Positions 34,932 through 48,100 of a stretch of DNA of 64,000 nucleotides are shown piece by piece. The DNA is taken from positions 1 through 64,000 of the forward strand of contig JAUCBJ010007115.1 of NCBI GenBank assembly GCA_032718475.1. Direction: 5' to 3'. The notes beneath the pieces were generated by a model. That model ran no database searches. It saw only the letters and a program-made list of their open reading frames with translations, and was not told where the DNA came from. The stretch comes from Nemertoderma westbladi. Taxonomy: Eukaryota; Animalia; Xenacoelomorpha. The position numbers and the translations under genes are program-made. Numbering within the stretch: position 1 is the stretch's first letter; each line of letters begins with the position of its first letter.

Positions 34932-35562
34932 TGACACAAACATTATTGAGGAGGGAACACAAACATTAATCAGGGATACAAACATTTATCAGGGACACAA
35001 ACATTAATCAGGGACACACATTAAGTGGTACAAACATTAATCAGGGACACACATTAATTAAGTGGTACAAACATTAATAAGGGACAAAAACATTAATTAG
35101 GGACACACATTAATCAAGGGCACATACATTAATAAGGGACACAGATATTAATCAGGGTCACAAACATTAATGAGGGACACATATTAATGATGGACACACA
35201 TTGAATGAGGGACACACATTAATAAGGGGCACAAACATTAACGAGGGACACAAACATTAATGTGGGACACACATTAATGAGGGACACACATTAATAAGGG
35301 GCACAGACATTAACGAGGGACACAAGCATTAATAAGGAACACACAGTAATCAGGGAGACAAACATTAATGAGGGACACAAACATTTATGAGGGACACAAT
35401 TAATTAATGAGGGACACAAACATTAATGAGGGATACAATCATTAATGAGGGACACAAACATTAATGAGGGACACAAACATTAATGAGGTACACAAACATT
35501 AATGAGGGACACAAACATTAATGAGGGACACACATTAATCAGGGGCACAAACATTAATAGGG
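34932..35562 (+). repeat. 19-bp minisatellite (ttaatgagggacacaaaca)n
   Basis: Directly visible, about 30 diverged copies. Confidence 0.92.
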
Positions 35563-36144
35563 GTGAATGCTTGCCAATGGATATTAATATGAGCGATGGT
35601 GATGCTTGCCATCAGACGATCAGATAATAAGTGATAAACTGATATACTGAAAAAATACTACCATGGGAACGTGAGCTTCGATCAAAGAAGCGCCGCTTTG
35701 TATACATTCCATTTACCTAATTAGATGGAAATTAATTGAAAGCACGTTTGGTTACGTTGTTCAGCTGCCTGTTTTGCTGCTACGCCCCCCCCCCCCCCGG
35801 CTGTTATACCCCCATATTTTCAATTTACCTCCTACCCCCACCATTCATGTTACACCCCCCCCCCATTCCTGTCTCCCCTTCATGTCATGTTCATGTCTCC
35901 CACAACATCGTTTATTGTTTTGGTTAGAAAAACCATCTCTGTAACCTGATCCTTTCCCTCAATTGGTAATAACAGAGATTATTGGTTTGGTCAGATTAAT
36001 ATGTTATTATTTATTGTTGTTATTGTATTGCTTGACAGTAATGAGAATTGTAATACTGTAATATATTGTATGTGTATGGGTGGTAACAGGAATCATACTA
36101 AGTGCCATGGGGGGTGAAATGAATGGAATGGAACGATGGCGCCC

Positions 36145-36446
36145 ATGATTAATGTTTGTGCACTTGATTGATATCTGTCCCTCGTTTAATGTTTGTGTCC
36201 CTCATTAATGTTTGTGTCCCTCATTAATAATGTTTGTGTACCTCATTAATGTTTGTGTACCTCATTAATGTTTGTGTCCCTCATTAATGTTTGTGTACCT
36301 TATTAATGTTTGTGTACCTCATTAATGTTTGTGTCCCTCATTAATGTTTGTGTCCCTCATTAATGTTTGTGTACCTCATTAATGTTTGTGTCCCTCATTA
36401 ATGTTTGTGTACCTTATTAATGTTTGTGTCCCTCATTAATGTTTGT
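36145..36446 (-). repeat. Same 19-bp minisatellite in inverted orientation
   Basis: (tcattaatgtttgtgtccc)n. Confidence 0.92.
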
Positions 36447-38410
36447 TATCTGAGGCATCTTTTACAGCAACAAACTTCGCGTTTACATAGAGCAACTTGA
36501 TCGGCAACCTGACATGCTCACCAAGTTGCTGATAGAGTTGCTCAAAATGTTGCCACGTACTGTAGAAAAAACAGTCTTTAATTATTCGTCATGACGTAGC
36601 TAGACTTCTTAATGTAGAGTACCACCCATGGCTATATTTTGTACTTAGAGTTCCGTTTGCTTGAATCTAAATTTTGTTCAATATAGTTCTGTATTTGGCT
36701 ATATTTTGTTCAATTTGTATTGATACATGATTCTAACTACAGTCCCGTACTTATTTTAAAAGCAATTAATACCAAAATATCAAAAACTTATGGAGCACTT
36801 TAGAATTTTTAATTAAAAAATTTTCTAACATGTGCGCAAGTGTGTTAGCTGTATTGTATGTGCTTATTTGTTATTATTGCGTTCACAGGTAATACTAACA
36901 CCTGCTCATGTGCTAGTTAACATGTTAGATAGCACGTATTAGCTAATAACAAATGCGCACATGTATTACGTTTGCACACTACGCACTAAATAATTAAGGC
37001 ACGATACACGCCTTGGCTATAATTTGATATATTTTGCGTGTTTTTTGTAAAAATTCGGACTTATGGTGTTTTACCTAATTGAGGATGCCTTGTTTTCTAG
37101 GCAATACCCCGCAACTATCGTATAGTTACGGGATAATACCAGAAAACGGTGTTCCCCCTTGTTTTGGCAAAACACCATAAGTCCGAATTTTTACAAAAAA
37201 ACCGCATTATATTTCAAAGGTGATTCTAAATGAAATATAAAGTTTAGTTATATGAATTCTACATATATTTATTTGTCGAAAAACACAATAACAAGTAAAC
37301 TGAGGCATCTCTCTAAAAAATAAACAGTTTTTATCGATTATCTCAGAACTACAAAAATCGACTTAGGGGGTTCTGCCTTGAAGGTGGCGTTTTGTATGTT
37401 TGCCTACGGAGGCGCGAAAAATCGTTTACACTCCCCCCATGGCAGATTTGGAACAAATTGGTCATGAAGAACGATTTTGAGCCAAGATTTTGAAAATATA
37501 TTTTGATGTCCTAAAAAATAACTGCTCAGCGTGATGTCGTGGTGTCTGCAAAAATGTTGACCAAAAAATATACGCGGTTTCTGTTTGAAGTTATTTAAAT
37601 ACACCGCACAATAATTAATTCTCTTTTCCCAGAGGTAATTCATAAATTGTAATTATAAAATTAAATTTCTTTCACACAAACGCGACAAATCTTGTTATTG
37701 CCTTGTTCCACGTAGGGAACTATATAGAAGCAAACGATTTTATATATATAAAGGTATGGTCCTAAATAATATGACTCGGCCTAGAGTTCATATGACGTGA
37801 TCGGGTTCTGACTCATTATCGAGTTTGTGTGATACGGAATGAGTTCAGAAAGTCAAGTTGGGGTTGATCTTTACTCCCATCATCAGGATTATCGAGTTTG
37901 TTTTCGAGATAGAATGGAGCCGTGGGTCTTTATTATCGATAATGAGTTTGTTTTCCTTCGACAAGAGTTTATCTCTATAGTTTATCGAGAAAGAATCGTA
38001 TCGATCATCGGCTAATCGCGCTTCGAGGGGTCCCGTAGCTCCCCCCATGGCTTGCTTCCCTCCTCGCTCCGAGCATCACATACACCCAAAACCCTTCCGA
38101 GGAAAGGAATGGGCCCTGTAACCTCGGTGCGGCTCGGGACGCAAGCCTCTATCCCTCCTCAATATCGTTCGGTTCGAGAAGATCAGCTCATTCACGATTG
38201 GGGGTACAGGGTATCCGTTTTCCGTCGGATGCTTTCTAGCAGAAACTGCCGATCCCGGTTTTGACTCCCGGTGTCCATGGGTATCGCGGCCCCAGGATGG
38301 AGAATATAGTTCATTTCCCACTCGGTCGCCGTTCCGTCGGGGTCAAAAAGATATACCCCATTTTCAATCACATATTACTGTATTATGGGTAAGCACTGCT
38401 GGACTGCTGC

Positions 38411-39606
38411 TGTAAAAGCTTTTGCGGAATTGGCTGGTTATTTTCCCCGCAAAGTACTCTGTAGTTGGTTTAAAGGGCATAAAAGGCCGTTTCATTACTG
38501 TACTGGTGTTTTAGTGGACACAAAAAGCCATTTCATCTGTATGTGTACTTTAGCGGACATAACTAGCAATTTTATGTCGCAATACGCTAAATCCTCTTGA
38601 AACAGTGTAGTTACTATGACGACAGCTAACAGCTGATCTGTACACGTGGAGCTTTTTCTTTGTTCTCTGTCGTTTCTTTGTTCGGTCAACCAATCAGAGC
38701 GTTTTTTGACTCTGTGTTGGAGATTGTATACAGAAACTCATGCAATTGAGTCAGTATGTGTATTTTGTCCACAGCCAGAAGACCGGCTTTAGAATCTCTG
38801 TGTTTTCAGGCTTTAGCCCAACATTAGTAGGCTTAATTATAGAACGTTTATCTGTTATCATACATAACTCAACTCATAACACACAACTCAATGCAATGTT
38901 ACAATCTATCATATCATAACAATTTATACCTTAACATTTATACTGCTATTTACTGTCGGTTATTCATTATATCAGTTGATGGAATATTATATTTGGAATA
39001 TCGATGAATAATTACAAAACCCTCAATCTTCTTGATATACTGAAGGTAAGAGAGACCGGTTACATATAACGATTGCGACTCAGCTTAAAGTGGTTTTGAA
39101 GTGAATCTAATGCTATTTCATAGGCACTACAGGTATCAGTTGTTGTTCTCTTTATATGTGACTAAAATTAGTGAAGGTCGGCAGATTGGTGTGCAGTATT
39201 ATGCAGTAGTGTGTATGATTGTGACTGATAACAAAGCATCTCCTAAAGAATGCGCCATATACGTGAATCTATAGCCATCCCATTGTGTCTAGTTTAAGTC
39301 ATAGCTCTGTTTACATATTTAGAGCGCCACATCCTAAAGGAACTGTTAATATTTCCCGAAAGTGAATAATATTTGTCAGAGATTATATATTACGATCAGT
39401 CGAATAATACAGTAGGCTTACACCGCAATAAGATTAAGCTTCCGAATCCAGTCTCCCGGGTATATCCAGCGAGTGAATGGTCGCGCATAGACTGGCTTTG
39501 GCTAATGTAGTGTATCCAATACTCGTCATAGGCTAATGTCGATTTATTATCTAGAAGACATCCTAATTTGGCAGGTTAAACTGCTAAAGGTCTGAAAGCG
39601 CGAACA
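38411..39606 (+). repeat. 5' LTR of the BEL/Pao element
   Basis: Direct repeat of 51800-52996 with roughly 20 differences by eye. Confidence 0.93.
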
Positions 39607-39844
39607 ATAACAGATATACTTCTTTATTGCAGTAAGCAATAAAGTTGAAGTACCGGAACCGGTACTTATAGCAGTACAGGTACAGCAGTATTATTCGAAT
39701 TTGATAATTATATACCGGTAGGTCTTGATAGTTAATCAGGGACTGCAGCCCTGGTTTTTTATTAAGATTTTACTTATTTCTGTCAGTTTTATTTACTAGT
39801 AGGCTAATATTGAGCAGAAGACGTGTAAGCCTGCTCATATTGTA

Positions 39845-40450
39845 CAGATAATTTGTAGGCTGGACTGTTGTCTGACCGTTGTTAGGTCTGAACGGATTGC
39901 AGTGCATGTAGAGTGTATGTCCGATAAAGTGCCGGTTAGGAAAGTAGGGGCAGCCAGAGCTGTAAGGTAAATCCCCCAGAAAGAATAAGTCGTACTACTA
40001 GGTTAGAACGCATACTAACTAACCATTTCGGAGTCTGCATGCCCTGTAGTTTATTTAGGCTTATGTAGTTTATTTTATAGTGGTCTGCCAGCGTTTGGTC
40101 TGTACTTCGTTTGTGTAGTCTGTACAGGTACCGTAATATTTCTTATTCAGATAATTTATAGGCTAGATTGTTGTCTGGCTGTTGTTAGGTCTGAAGAGGT
40201 TGTAGTGTGTGTAGAGTGTCTGTCCGATAAAGTACTAGTTAGGAACGTAGGGGCAGCCAGAGCTGTAAGGTAAACCCCCCCGAAAGAATAAGTCGTACTA
40301 CTCGGTTAGAACGCATACTAACTAACCATTTCGGAATCTGCACATACTGTAATTATTTATATTTATTTAGGCTTGATAGTAGTCTGCCAGCGTTTGGTTT
40401 GTATTTTGTTTGAGTAGTTTGTACGGGTAGCGTAATATTTATTATTCAGA
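39845..40450. repeat. ~303-bp tandem duplication in the BEL 5' leader
   Basis: gtaggggcagccagagctgtaaggtaaa...gaaagaataagtcgtactact...gttagaacgcatactaactaaccatttcgg occurs twice. Confidence 0.85.
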
Positions 40451-42034
40451 GTTTATGCGATTATTCGCAACATTCATATCCCCAAGTTTATTCCTACAGT
40501 AATTGTGCTTGTTATATATACCGTTATAGTTAAATTAACCCCAGTACTACATCAGGGCTGCTCAGCATAGGTAAAGACTGGTGATTTTGTGCACTGGTCA
40601 CTCCAGCAGATACCGTGGTTCTTTTAGCTGTACAAGTATTTCTAACTGCTAGTTATTGGTTGTACAAGTACTTGTACCTAATTTAGGGTTTAGTGTACAA
40701 TACTTTCCGAGGGTAATTAGTGTGTAGGCAGTATATTTGTGTTGTAAAGTGGTTAATAGACACGTTGGTTCTGGTAGACCGCGGTAATTAACTTCTAGGT
40801 AGGGACACTCCGTGATACATAACGTAGTACTTATAGCGATACGGCTATAAGTCGTCAGACGGTGGTATTTTCCTATCTGGACAATGCAATATATTTACTA
40901 CTGCTTATTATTTTCAAATACCGTAGTATCCTTTCCATTTGTAATAACCAGATTTCTAACCCTTTGTTAGGCTGGTTTGTAGACTTCTTGTAAAATTACC
41001 CTAAAAATTCGTACGTGTAATTTTTGTGTTTATTTAGAGATTGTAAACTCACCCCGAATTGTACGTAATTTGTAGTAATAAGTAACTTAGGTAAATTAGA
41101 ATTATTTGTTTTAGTGTCCAACAAGTAGCACTTCACTGAGAGCGTACAGCTTCTGTGCAGTGACTCCTTCCCAGAAATAATAACATTTATTTCAAATATT
41201 GACAAAAACCCATTAAAACGGGTATATATATTATAAATCAACTCAAACGATTTATAAATAGTAGGCCTGCCATACAACAATTAGGTCTCAATATCAGTTG
41301 AACTACTGTTTAAATAACGGCAATAAAGTAAGTTAAAGTAACCAAGTAACCCCTAAAATTCAGAAATTCAATTATTCCAAAAAATAATTGATATACCGGT
41401 ATTTACAATAGGCTTATTATATTTATTTCTATAAATTTAGGCTGAAATTATACCGGTATTCTGTAATTAATTCTACAGTAGTTCATAATTATACTTATAT
41501 ATACTATAAGTGTAAGCTGTATACCGGTATTCACGATAGGCCTATTATATATTTATATATATTTGTACTAAAATTATATACCGGTATTCTGTGACAAACT
41601 AGTCTGTAATAATACTTATATATATATACTATAAGCATACCGGTATTCTAATATATTATATATATCACGCTACACTGAGTAGCAGTATCGGTAATTAATT
41701 ACTAGGCTAACAGTTGATACTGAATTACTAGACTTGCTTAAGCTGTAATATAGCAGTAGGCATTCAACTGTACCAACAAACATGTCTGATACTAAGCAAA
41801 ACCTGTCAGACAGTCTCTTAGATACAACCATCTGTGACCCAGATAGGAGTGTGGAACGTGTGAGAACAAAGTTCAACTCACCTCCTACTGTAAGAAAGGT
41901 CATCCCTCCAGTAGTAATATCAGACCCTAAGCTGGTCCAACACCGTAGGTCTATCATAGGCACTCGAGCTCAAGTCAAACGAGACCAAGAAGCAGCGGAA
42001 CAGCAGCAACACTCGAGCCGAGCACTTATTTCTC

Positions 42035-43803
42035 TACTACTAGGATCGGCATGCTGCATTGCAGCTGCATTTTTAAGAATGCTGTGCCGGCTTGTCAACA
42101 AAATTGCACCGCCACAACTCCCTATCACCCATGACATTTGCTAGATCATCCGCATCTTTAAGGCCAGTGTCCTTTAAGATGCGTCTCAAGAAAGTCATGG
42201 GCTGTCCACCATGCTTATTCACTCCATGAGGCTGCCAAAGTACAAGATTATGCACTGGCTGGTCCTCACGGCGAAAGCAATGTCCTGCAAAGCGGAGGCG
42301 ATTTTGTTCTAGTGTCAAGCTTGGGGGAACCAATGAGACACCTCCAATGTTATATAGTGTCTGGTTGGAGATGTGTGCATTGTACTTGACACAATGTACC
42401 CGGCGTAGCATTCTTGTGAATGTGCCATCCAGAGATTTGGTGTCCTCAGCAGTTAGAGCCCAGCATGGACTCCCGTAGAGGAGTACTGGAACTACTGCTG
42501 CTCTAAATAATCGGACCTTAAGTTTCCGATTAATTCTAGGTGACTTCCAAATCCTGGAAAGCCTATTCAAGGCTGCCCATGCCTTTCCCTTACGTATTCG
42601 AAGGTCCTCACCTGACTTCCGGATCCATGATCCCAGGTAACAGAAGTCGTCCACATGCTCAAGCATACCATCCTTTGAGCTTATGCTCATCCGATCAGAG
42701 ACTTGCTGAGGATTTTCAAAGTTAACTGTCAGAATTTTGGTCTTTCTGGAGTTAATAAAAAGACCAACACTAGAAGCAGCATGTTATAATGAGCGGAGGA
42801 GCCGCTGGGCTCCCTCTAATGAATCTGAGAGTACTCCTAAGTCATCAGCAAAGTCATCAGTTAGGTACTTGGCAGGATTTCCTCGACTTCTGGACCCAGT
42901 AGGTGGAGTTATCATCACCCCATCATCATTATGATGATCTAAGGACATGCGTAGAACATAGTCAACCACAATAATGAACAAGAATGGTGCAAGTGTGTCT
43001 CCTTGGAGGACGCCCCATAACACTTCAAATGGTTCTGTGTCACCGTCAACAGTAGACACAAATGTTGTCGAACCATCGTATACTGATCTGATTGCTGCAA
43101 TAATTTCATCAGGAATCCCATATAATGAAAGTATGCTGAACATACGTGAGCGAGAGACTGAATCAAAGGCCTTGAAGAAGTCAACAAAGATAACAGCCAG
43201 ATGCCTGTCTTTCTTTTTTGATAACTCTTCAACTATCCTTCTAAGTGCCAAAATGGGCTCCATGGTCCCACGACCTTTACGGAACGAGGCGATCGGCTGG
43301 TGATTCAGCCTTAACCTTGGTGGTTGGTTGGCTTTTCCGCCCAGTAAGCAGATTGATCGATTTCCATGCCTGGGATGATTGCCTGCTGTCGTCAGCATCA
43401 TTGATGGCATCAACCTGTTGGTTTATTAGCTCCTGTAGATTAACAGAGTACTGCCTGTTCAGGGACCTAGATGCAGCTTTAACTGCATTCTTGGCCGCTG
43501 TAGTCTGTTTGAGTCGGGACTCTTTCTGCGCCTTATGAAGGTCATTTCGGCACTTCTGAATTTTGTTGTCAGTCCAGGGGGCCCTTTTCATGTTTCGAGG
43601 GTATACAGGAACTGTTTCTGCAGCTGCTAACTTAACTGCTTCTGTAAAGGCAGTATAGCCCTCACAGTGATCTGCCGCCTCAGAGGCAAGAGCCTCATAC
43701 CTGTTGCTCAGCTGTAGTGTGAAGCTGGATCTCACACTTGGCTGTTGCAACAGAGAGGACCAGTCATGCCGTGGCAAGGCAGATTTCGTCGATTTCGGCA
43801 GAG
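42035..43803 (-). mobile_element. 5'-truncated, internally deleted RTE LINE inserted in the BEL gag
   Basis: 11-bp TSD ACTTATTTCTC (42024-42034 and 43804-43814); 3' tail cctagtagta; RT nearly identical to 1884-3131. Confidence 0.95.
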
Positions 43804-44739
43804 ACTTATTTCTCAGTGGACCGACAGCTCCAGTGGTGCGGATACTGTAGAGCTGACACCCGAGGGCGGAGCTAAGATGGCAGATGTGGTTTATTCAGAT
43901 CCCCTTCTCATCCTTCCTGCAGCCGTACTCGCTAGGGTATTGATTGCGGTGGAGGAACACCAGATTGATTGGACGAGAAGTAAGCGATCGACCAAGGATA
44001 GTTATGCGGGATACACAAAGGAAGAACTGAAGTCTATTGTCGAGTCGCAATGGAACTTCCCTGGACCCGGACTCCCGTTTGACTTATCGGAAGCTGCCTG
44101 GGAAGACATACACAGGATGGGAGTAACAAAGGAAACCATCGATCCAGCTGTATGGAAGAGGTCAGCAGCCGGATACGTACAGGGATTCTTCAGCTCTATG
44201 GAGCGATTAGAGGAACAACTGTTTAGACAACCACAAGGACCTCAAGAGCAGGGAGAGCTGCTTTATCAAGTTAGAGAAAGAATTCTAAGAATCAGACTAA
44301 TCTTATCTGCCTTTGAGGAGGCTTCGAAAAGAAGACAAGACACGTCGTTGCAAGTTGCCGTAAAGACTTGGTTACAGCGGGTGAGTCTCCAAGTTCAAAG
44401 AACTGCCCCGTGGAAATCTCAGTTAGATGAGCGCTCAACCCTTGGAGAATCAACAGACGCTACCTTTTCCCAAGTGGAAAGTGAAGCGACAGCAGAGAAA
44501 CCGCATAAGAGGGATGCTATTGACATCTATCTGTCAGACTATCAACGCTTTGTAGGAGATGAAGAGTTGAGGAGAAGGCTGGAGTGGCTTAGCCCTAATA
44601 GTGAAGGAGCCAAACTTGTGTTGGACACAATCGATGTGGATATGAGAGCTGCGAACCAAGCTAAATTTGATGAACGCCTCCGCATCACTAGAGTCCAAGA
44701 AGAACAAGTAAAGAAAAAACTTATAGAAGATAGAAAGAC

Positions 44740-45110
44740 AGCAGCAGCGGCAGTGGCAGTGGCAGAAGTGGAAAGAAAAGCGGCAGCTGCAGCAGTAGAA
44801 GCGGATAGAAAAGCGGCAGCGGCAGAGGCAAAAGCAGCAGCGGCAGAGGCAAAAGCGGCAGCTGCAGCAGTAGAAGCGGATAGAAAAGCGGCAGCGGCAG
44901 AGGCAAAAGCGGCAGCGGCAGAGGCAAAAGAGGCAGCTGCAGCAGTAGAAGCGGATAGAAAAGCGGCAGCGGCAGAGGCAAAAGCGGCAGCGGCAGAGGC
45001 AAAAGCGGCAGCTGCAGCAGTAGAAGCGGAAAGAAAAGCGGCAGCGGCAGAGGCAAAAGCGGCAGCTGCAGCGGCCGAAGCGGAAAGAAAAAGAGCAGTG
45101 GCAGAAGCAG
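44740..45110 (+). repeat. Coding tandem repeat (AEAKAAA / VEADRKAAAA) within Gag
   Basis: gcggcagcggcagaggcaaaa units, in frame. Confidence 0.9.
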
Positions 45111-48100
45111 AACGAAGAGCAGCTGAAGAGACCACCCAACTAGAGTTAGAAAATATTCAAGAGAATCAAGACTGCATAAATAAACAGTTAACAGCTAGTA
45201 ATATGCAGATGATGAATCGATCTACTCCCAAAAGGCAGGGATATACATAATCTGAGGAAGGCGATACCACCGATCCTGAAGGCGGAGGAAATAGATCTCG
45301 TCTAGGTAGGCGTAGAAGAACATCTCACCGTCACAAATTGCCTGATTTGCCCCCAGCTGTTAGAAGGCAACTAACTAACACAGACTTAGGTAGTACAGAA
45401 CCCACAGACCAAATAATTAAAATAGAAAGACTCCTTACTATAGTAGATGAGCCTGAAATAATTAGGCCTGTTCTTGAAATCACCCCTTCGGTGATAGAGA
45501 CACCTGTACTCCCAGAACCTACCTCTAAATTCCCTCTGCACAGCACTAAGCTACCTGTGCCCCACAGAACTACCCCTGAAAATGTTCATGTCCCTGACTC
45601 CGAGCGAAAAATTAATGATTTGTTGCCCGTGGTCCCTCGTCCGGCCGCTACAACGTTGGCGGCTCCCGCTTCAGCGGTCGAGTGGGTGGATGAGGGACGG
45701 CGGGGGATGGATCTCCTGCTCGGGCAGATGCAGGACACTGTTAAGCAGTTCAAGGGCACAGTAAGGGAAAGTAGGTTAGAGTTGCAAGAAGTGCAGCAAA
45801 GTATCGCGTTAGAACGCGATAAATTAGTAAATACACAAAAGGGTATACCACCACCCTCGGTAACAATGTGTCAACCTGTTAGGTCTGAAGTATCTCATGC
45901 GCAACGTGTGGAGCCTATACGCATCTATACTGCTAGTGAAGTAGAAACTCCTATAGTGAACCCTATTAAGGGTAATTATAAACCTGTTGATAATGATATT
46001 CCCTATAGACTTGATCATAATCCGAGAAATTTATATACCGATAACTCGATATTAAATAACACGATGGCCCAAGAAAGTTTTACGCGTCAAATGGCTAGAA
46101 CCGAAGCCCGTCAAGCGGTAAAGGTGGGAGAGATCGTCAAGTTCAATGGAGATGAGATGAAATGGTTACCTTTTAATGAATATTACAAAGATGACATACA
46201 GAACTCTGTGTTATCTAACGGAGAGAAACTTAGATTCCTCATCGAGTGCTTGGAAGGATCTCCCAAGTTAATGGCGTTAAAGTTTATTGGACATCCAGAT
46301 GGATTAAGACAAGTTTGGGATACCCTAAACATCAGGTATGGTAATAGGAACAACATAGCTAGGTATTTGTATGCAAAATTGGTAGCGCCACGAAAGTTCA
46401 TTAGCAGCGGGATAATAGAGTTTTCCGATGAGATTCAAGAGATCTGTAGACAATTAGATTGGCTAGGTAAGTCTCATGAGTATCAGAGTTCTATGGTTAT
46501 TGGAGCCGTGGCTTCTACTTTACCGAAGGGTGGAGTAGGTACACGCTGGGATAAGAAAGTGTTATATATGATGGAACAACAACGACGAGACCCTACCATG
46601 GCTGATCTCATGTCATTCTTAGATGGAGAAGTGAAATTACAGCTCCTAAAGCAGTCCAGAGAGAAAACACCGGAAAACAAGGTAAGTGAGAAACCCGTTT
46701 CTAGGAGAAAAGTAACACCAGTGTGTTATACCGATGACGGCGAAAGCCAGACCTCTCAAGGAGAGGACAGTGGGAAAGATGCTGAAAGATCTTATTATGT
46801 CAATAAAACGCCTAAAGAACAGGTAAGTAAATTCAAGTCTCGAACCAATGACAGGAGAGAACCTGTAAGAAAAACTCCTCCTACGTCTCCTAAGAGAATT
46901 CAGGTTAGAAAGCCCGAAGAAAGAACGAGTGTGCACAATGTTATTCAAAATAAGGTAAGTAACATCAAATCGAAATGTGTGCTATGTGACGGGACCCACC
47001 GTTTGAATATGTGTGATGAATTCCTAAATAAATCATTAACGGAGAGACGGGAAGTCATGTGGGATAAGCGGTTGTGTTATAATTGCCTCAGACAAGGACA
47101 CCAAAGGCGAACCTGTTACTCCGACACAAGGTGTGCAAAGTGCGGTGCGAAACATCATATCTTGTTGCACACTGAATTCGAACGAAACAGCCAGAGTCAG
47201 GTAAGCGATTCAGAACTACATGTCCAATTCAGTGATGTGAATGACACTGACCAAAGTTCTGAGATGGAAGGAGTCTATATGGATGAATTCTCCGACGAAA
47301 ATGAATCCTGTTACATGATAAATACCGCAGTGTATCGAGCACTTACGTATGAAAAGGACCCTGACAGCAACCTCACCCTAACTACTTCTGATCAACAACC
47401 ATCTTGGAAAGCGCCAACTTCCAATGTAGGAATCCGAGAATTTCCTGTAGTACAGTTAAGGGTCCACGGACCTAAAAGGAGTTATATAGTGAACGCCCTC
47501 CTTGACTCCGGTAGCACAGGAACATTCATCGACAAAGAACTAGCCGAAGACATCTTTGCTGGACAACCCAAGTTCCGAACTAAGCTAAACATGTCAGGAA
47601 TTATGCAGGTTTGGAAATCTACAGTAATAGCGGATTATTATGTAGGTGTGTTGTCCACCCCCCAGGATGAACTAGGAGAACATAGTATAAGGTCAGTAAA
47701 AATGGTGGCGATAAAGAACTTCGCTACCAGCCAAGTAGAACCTTATAACTGGGATGAGGACGATTCCACCCAGCAGCTTAATATACCTAGATTCAACACA
47801 GATTACCCTGGAGTGCAAATACTCATCGGCCAAAATGCGCATGAAGCGCTTGAGACATTGGAGAAACGGCCTGCTCAACCGCAACCATTACAAGTCTATG
47901 CGGGAAGAACTAGAGTAGGTTGGTACTTTTCTGGCCCTTCTCGTAGAACTCTTATGGAAAGATTACCAAAAGAACAGGTATATCAATTAAGTGAACGGGA
48001 AGTGGAGAGCAGTGAAGTTGACGACCCAACTGAGGGAACACCATACTCCTCAGATAATGACGATATTAACTCCAATGTAGATCAATGGAGACATTGCCCC

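Larger units (their letters stand above)
34598..37389. mobile_element. Non-autonomous TIR element with internal inverted minisatellite arrays
   Basis: 29-bp TIR cgtcaccttcaaggcagaaccccctaagt / acttagggggttctgccttgaaggtggcg, TTTT on both flanks, subterminal ggcagaacccc repeats. Confidence 0.75.

Noticed and set aside
38250-38280. B-box-like ggttttgactcccgg as part of a tRNA or SINE head
   Set aside because: No A box or cloverleaf could be built.
44534-45139. Cys/Arg-, Ala/Ser- and Leu/Pro-rich minus-strand ORFs; resemblance of the plus strand to TolA or type I antifreeze protein
   Set aside because: These are antisense shadows of the Ala repeat; the similarity is compositional and the repeat lies within a retrotransposon Gag.
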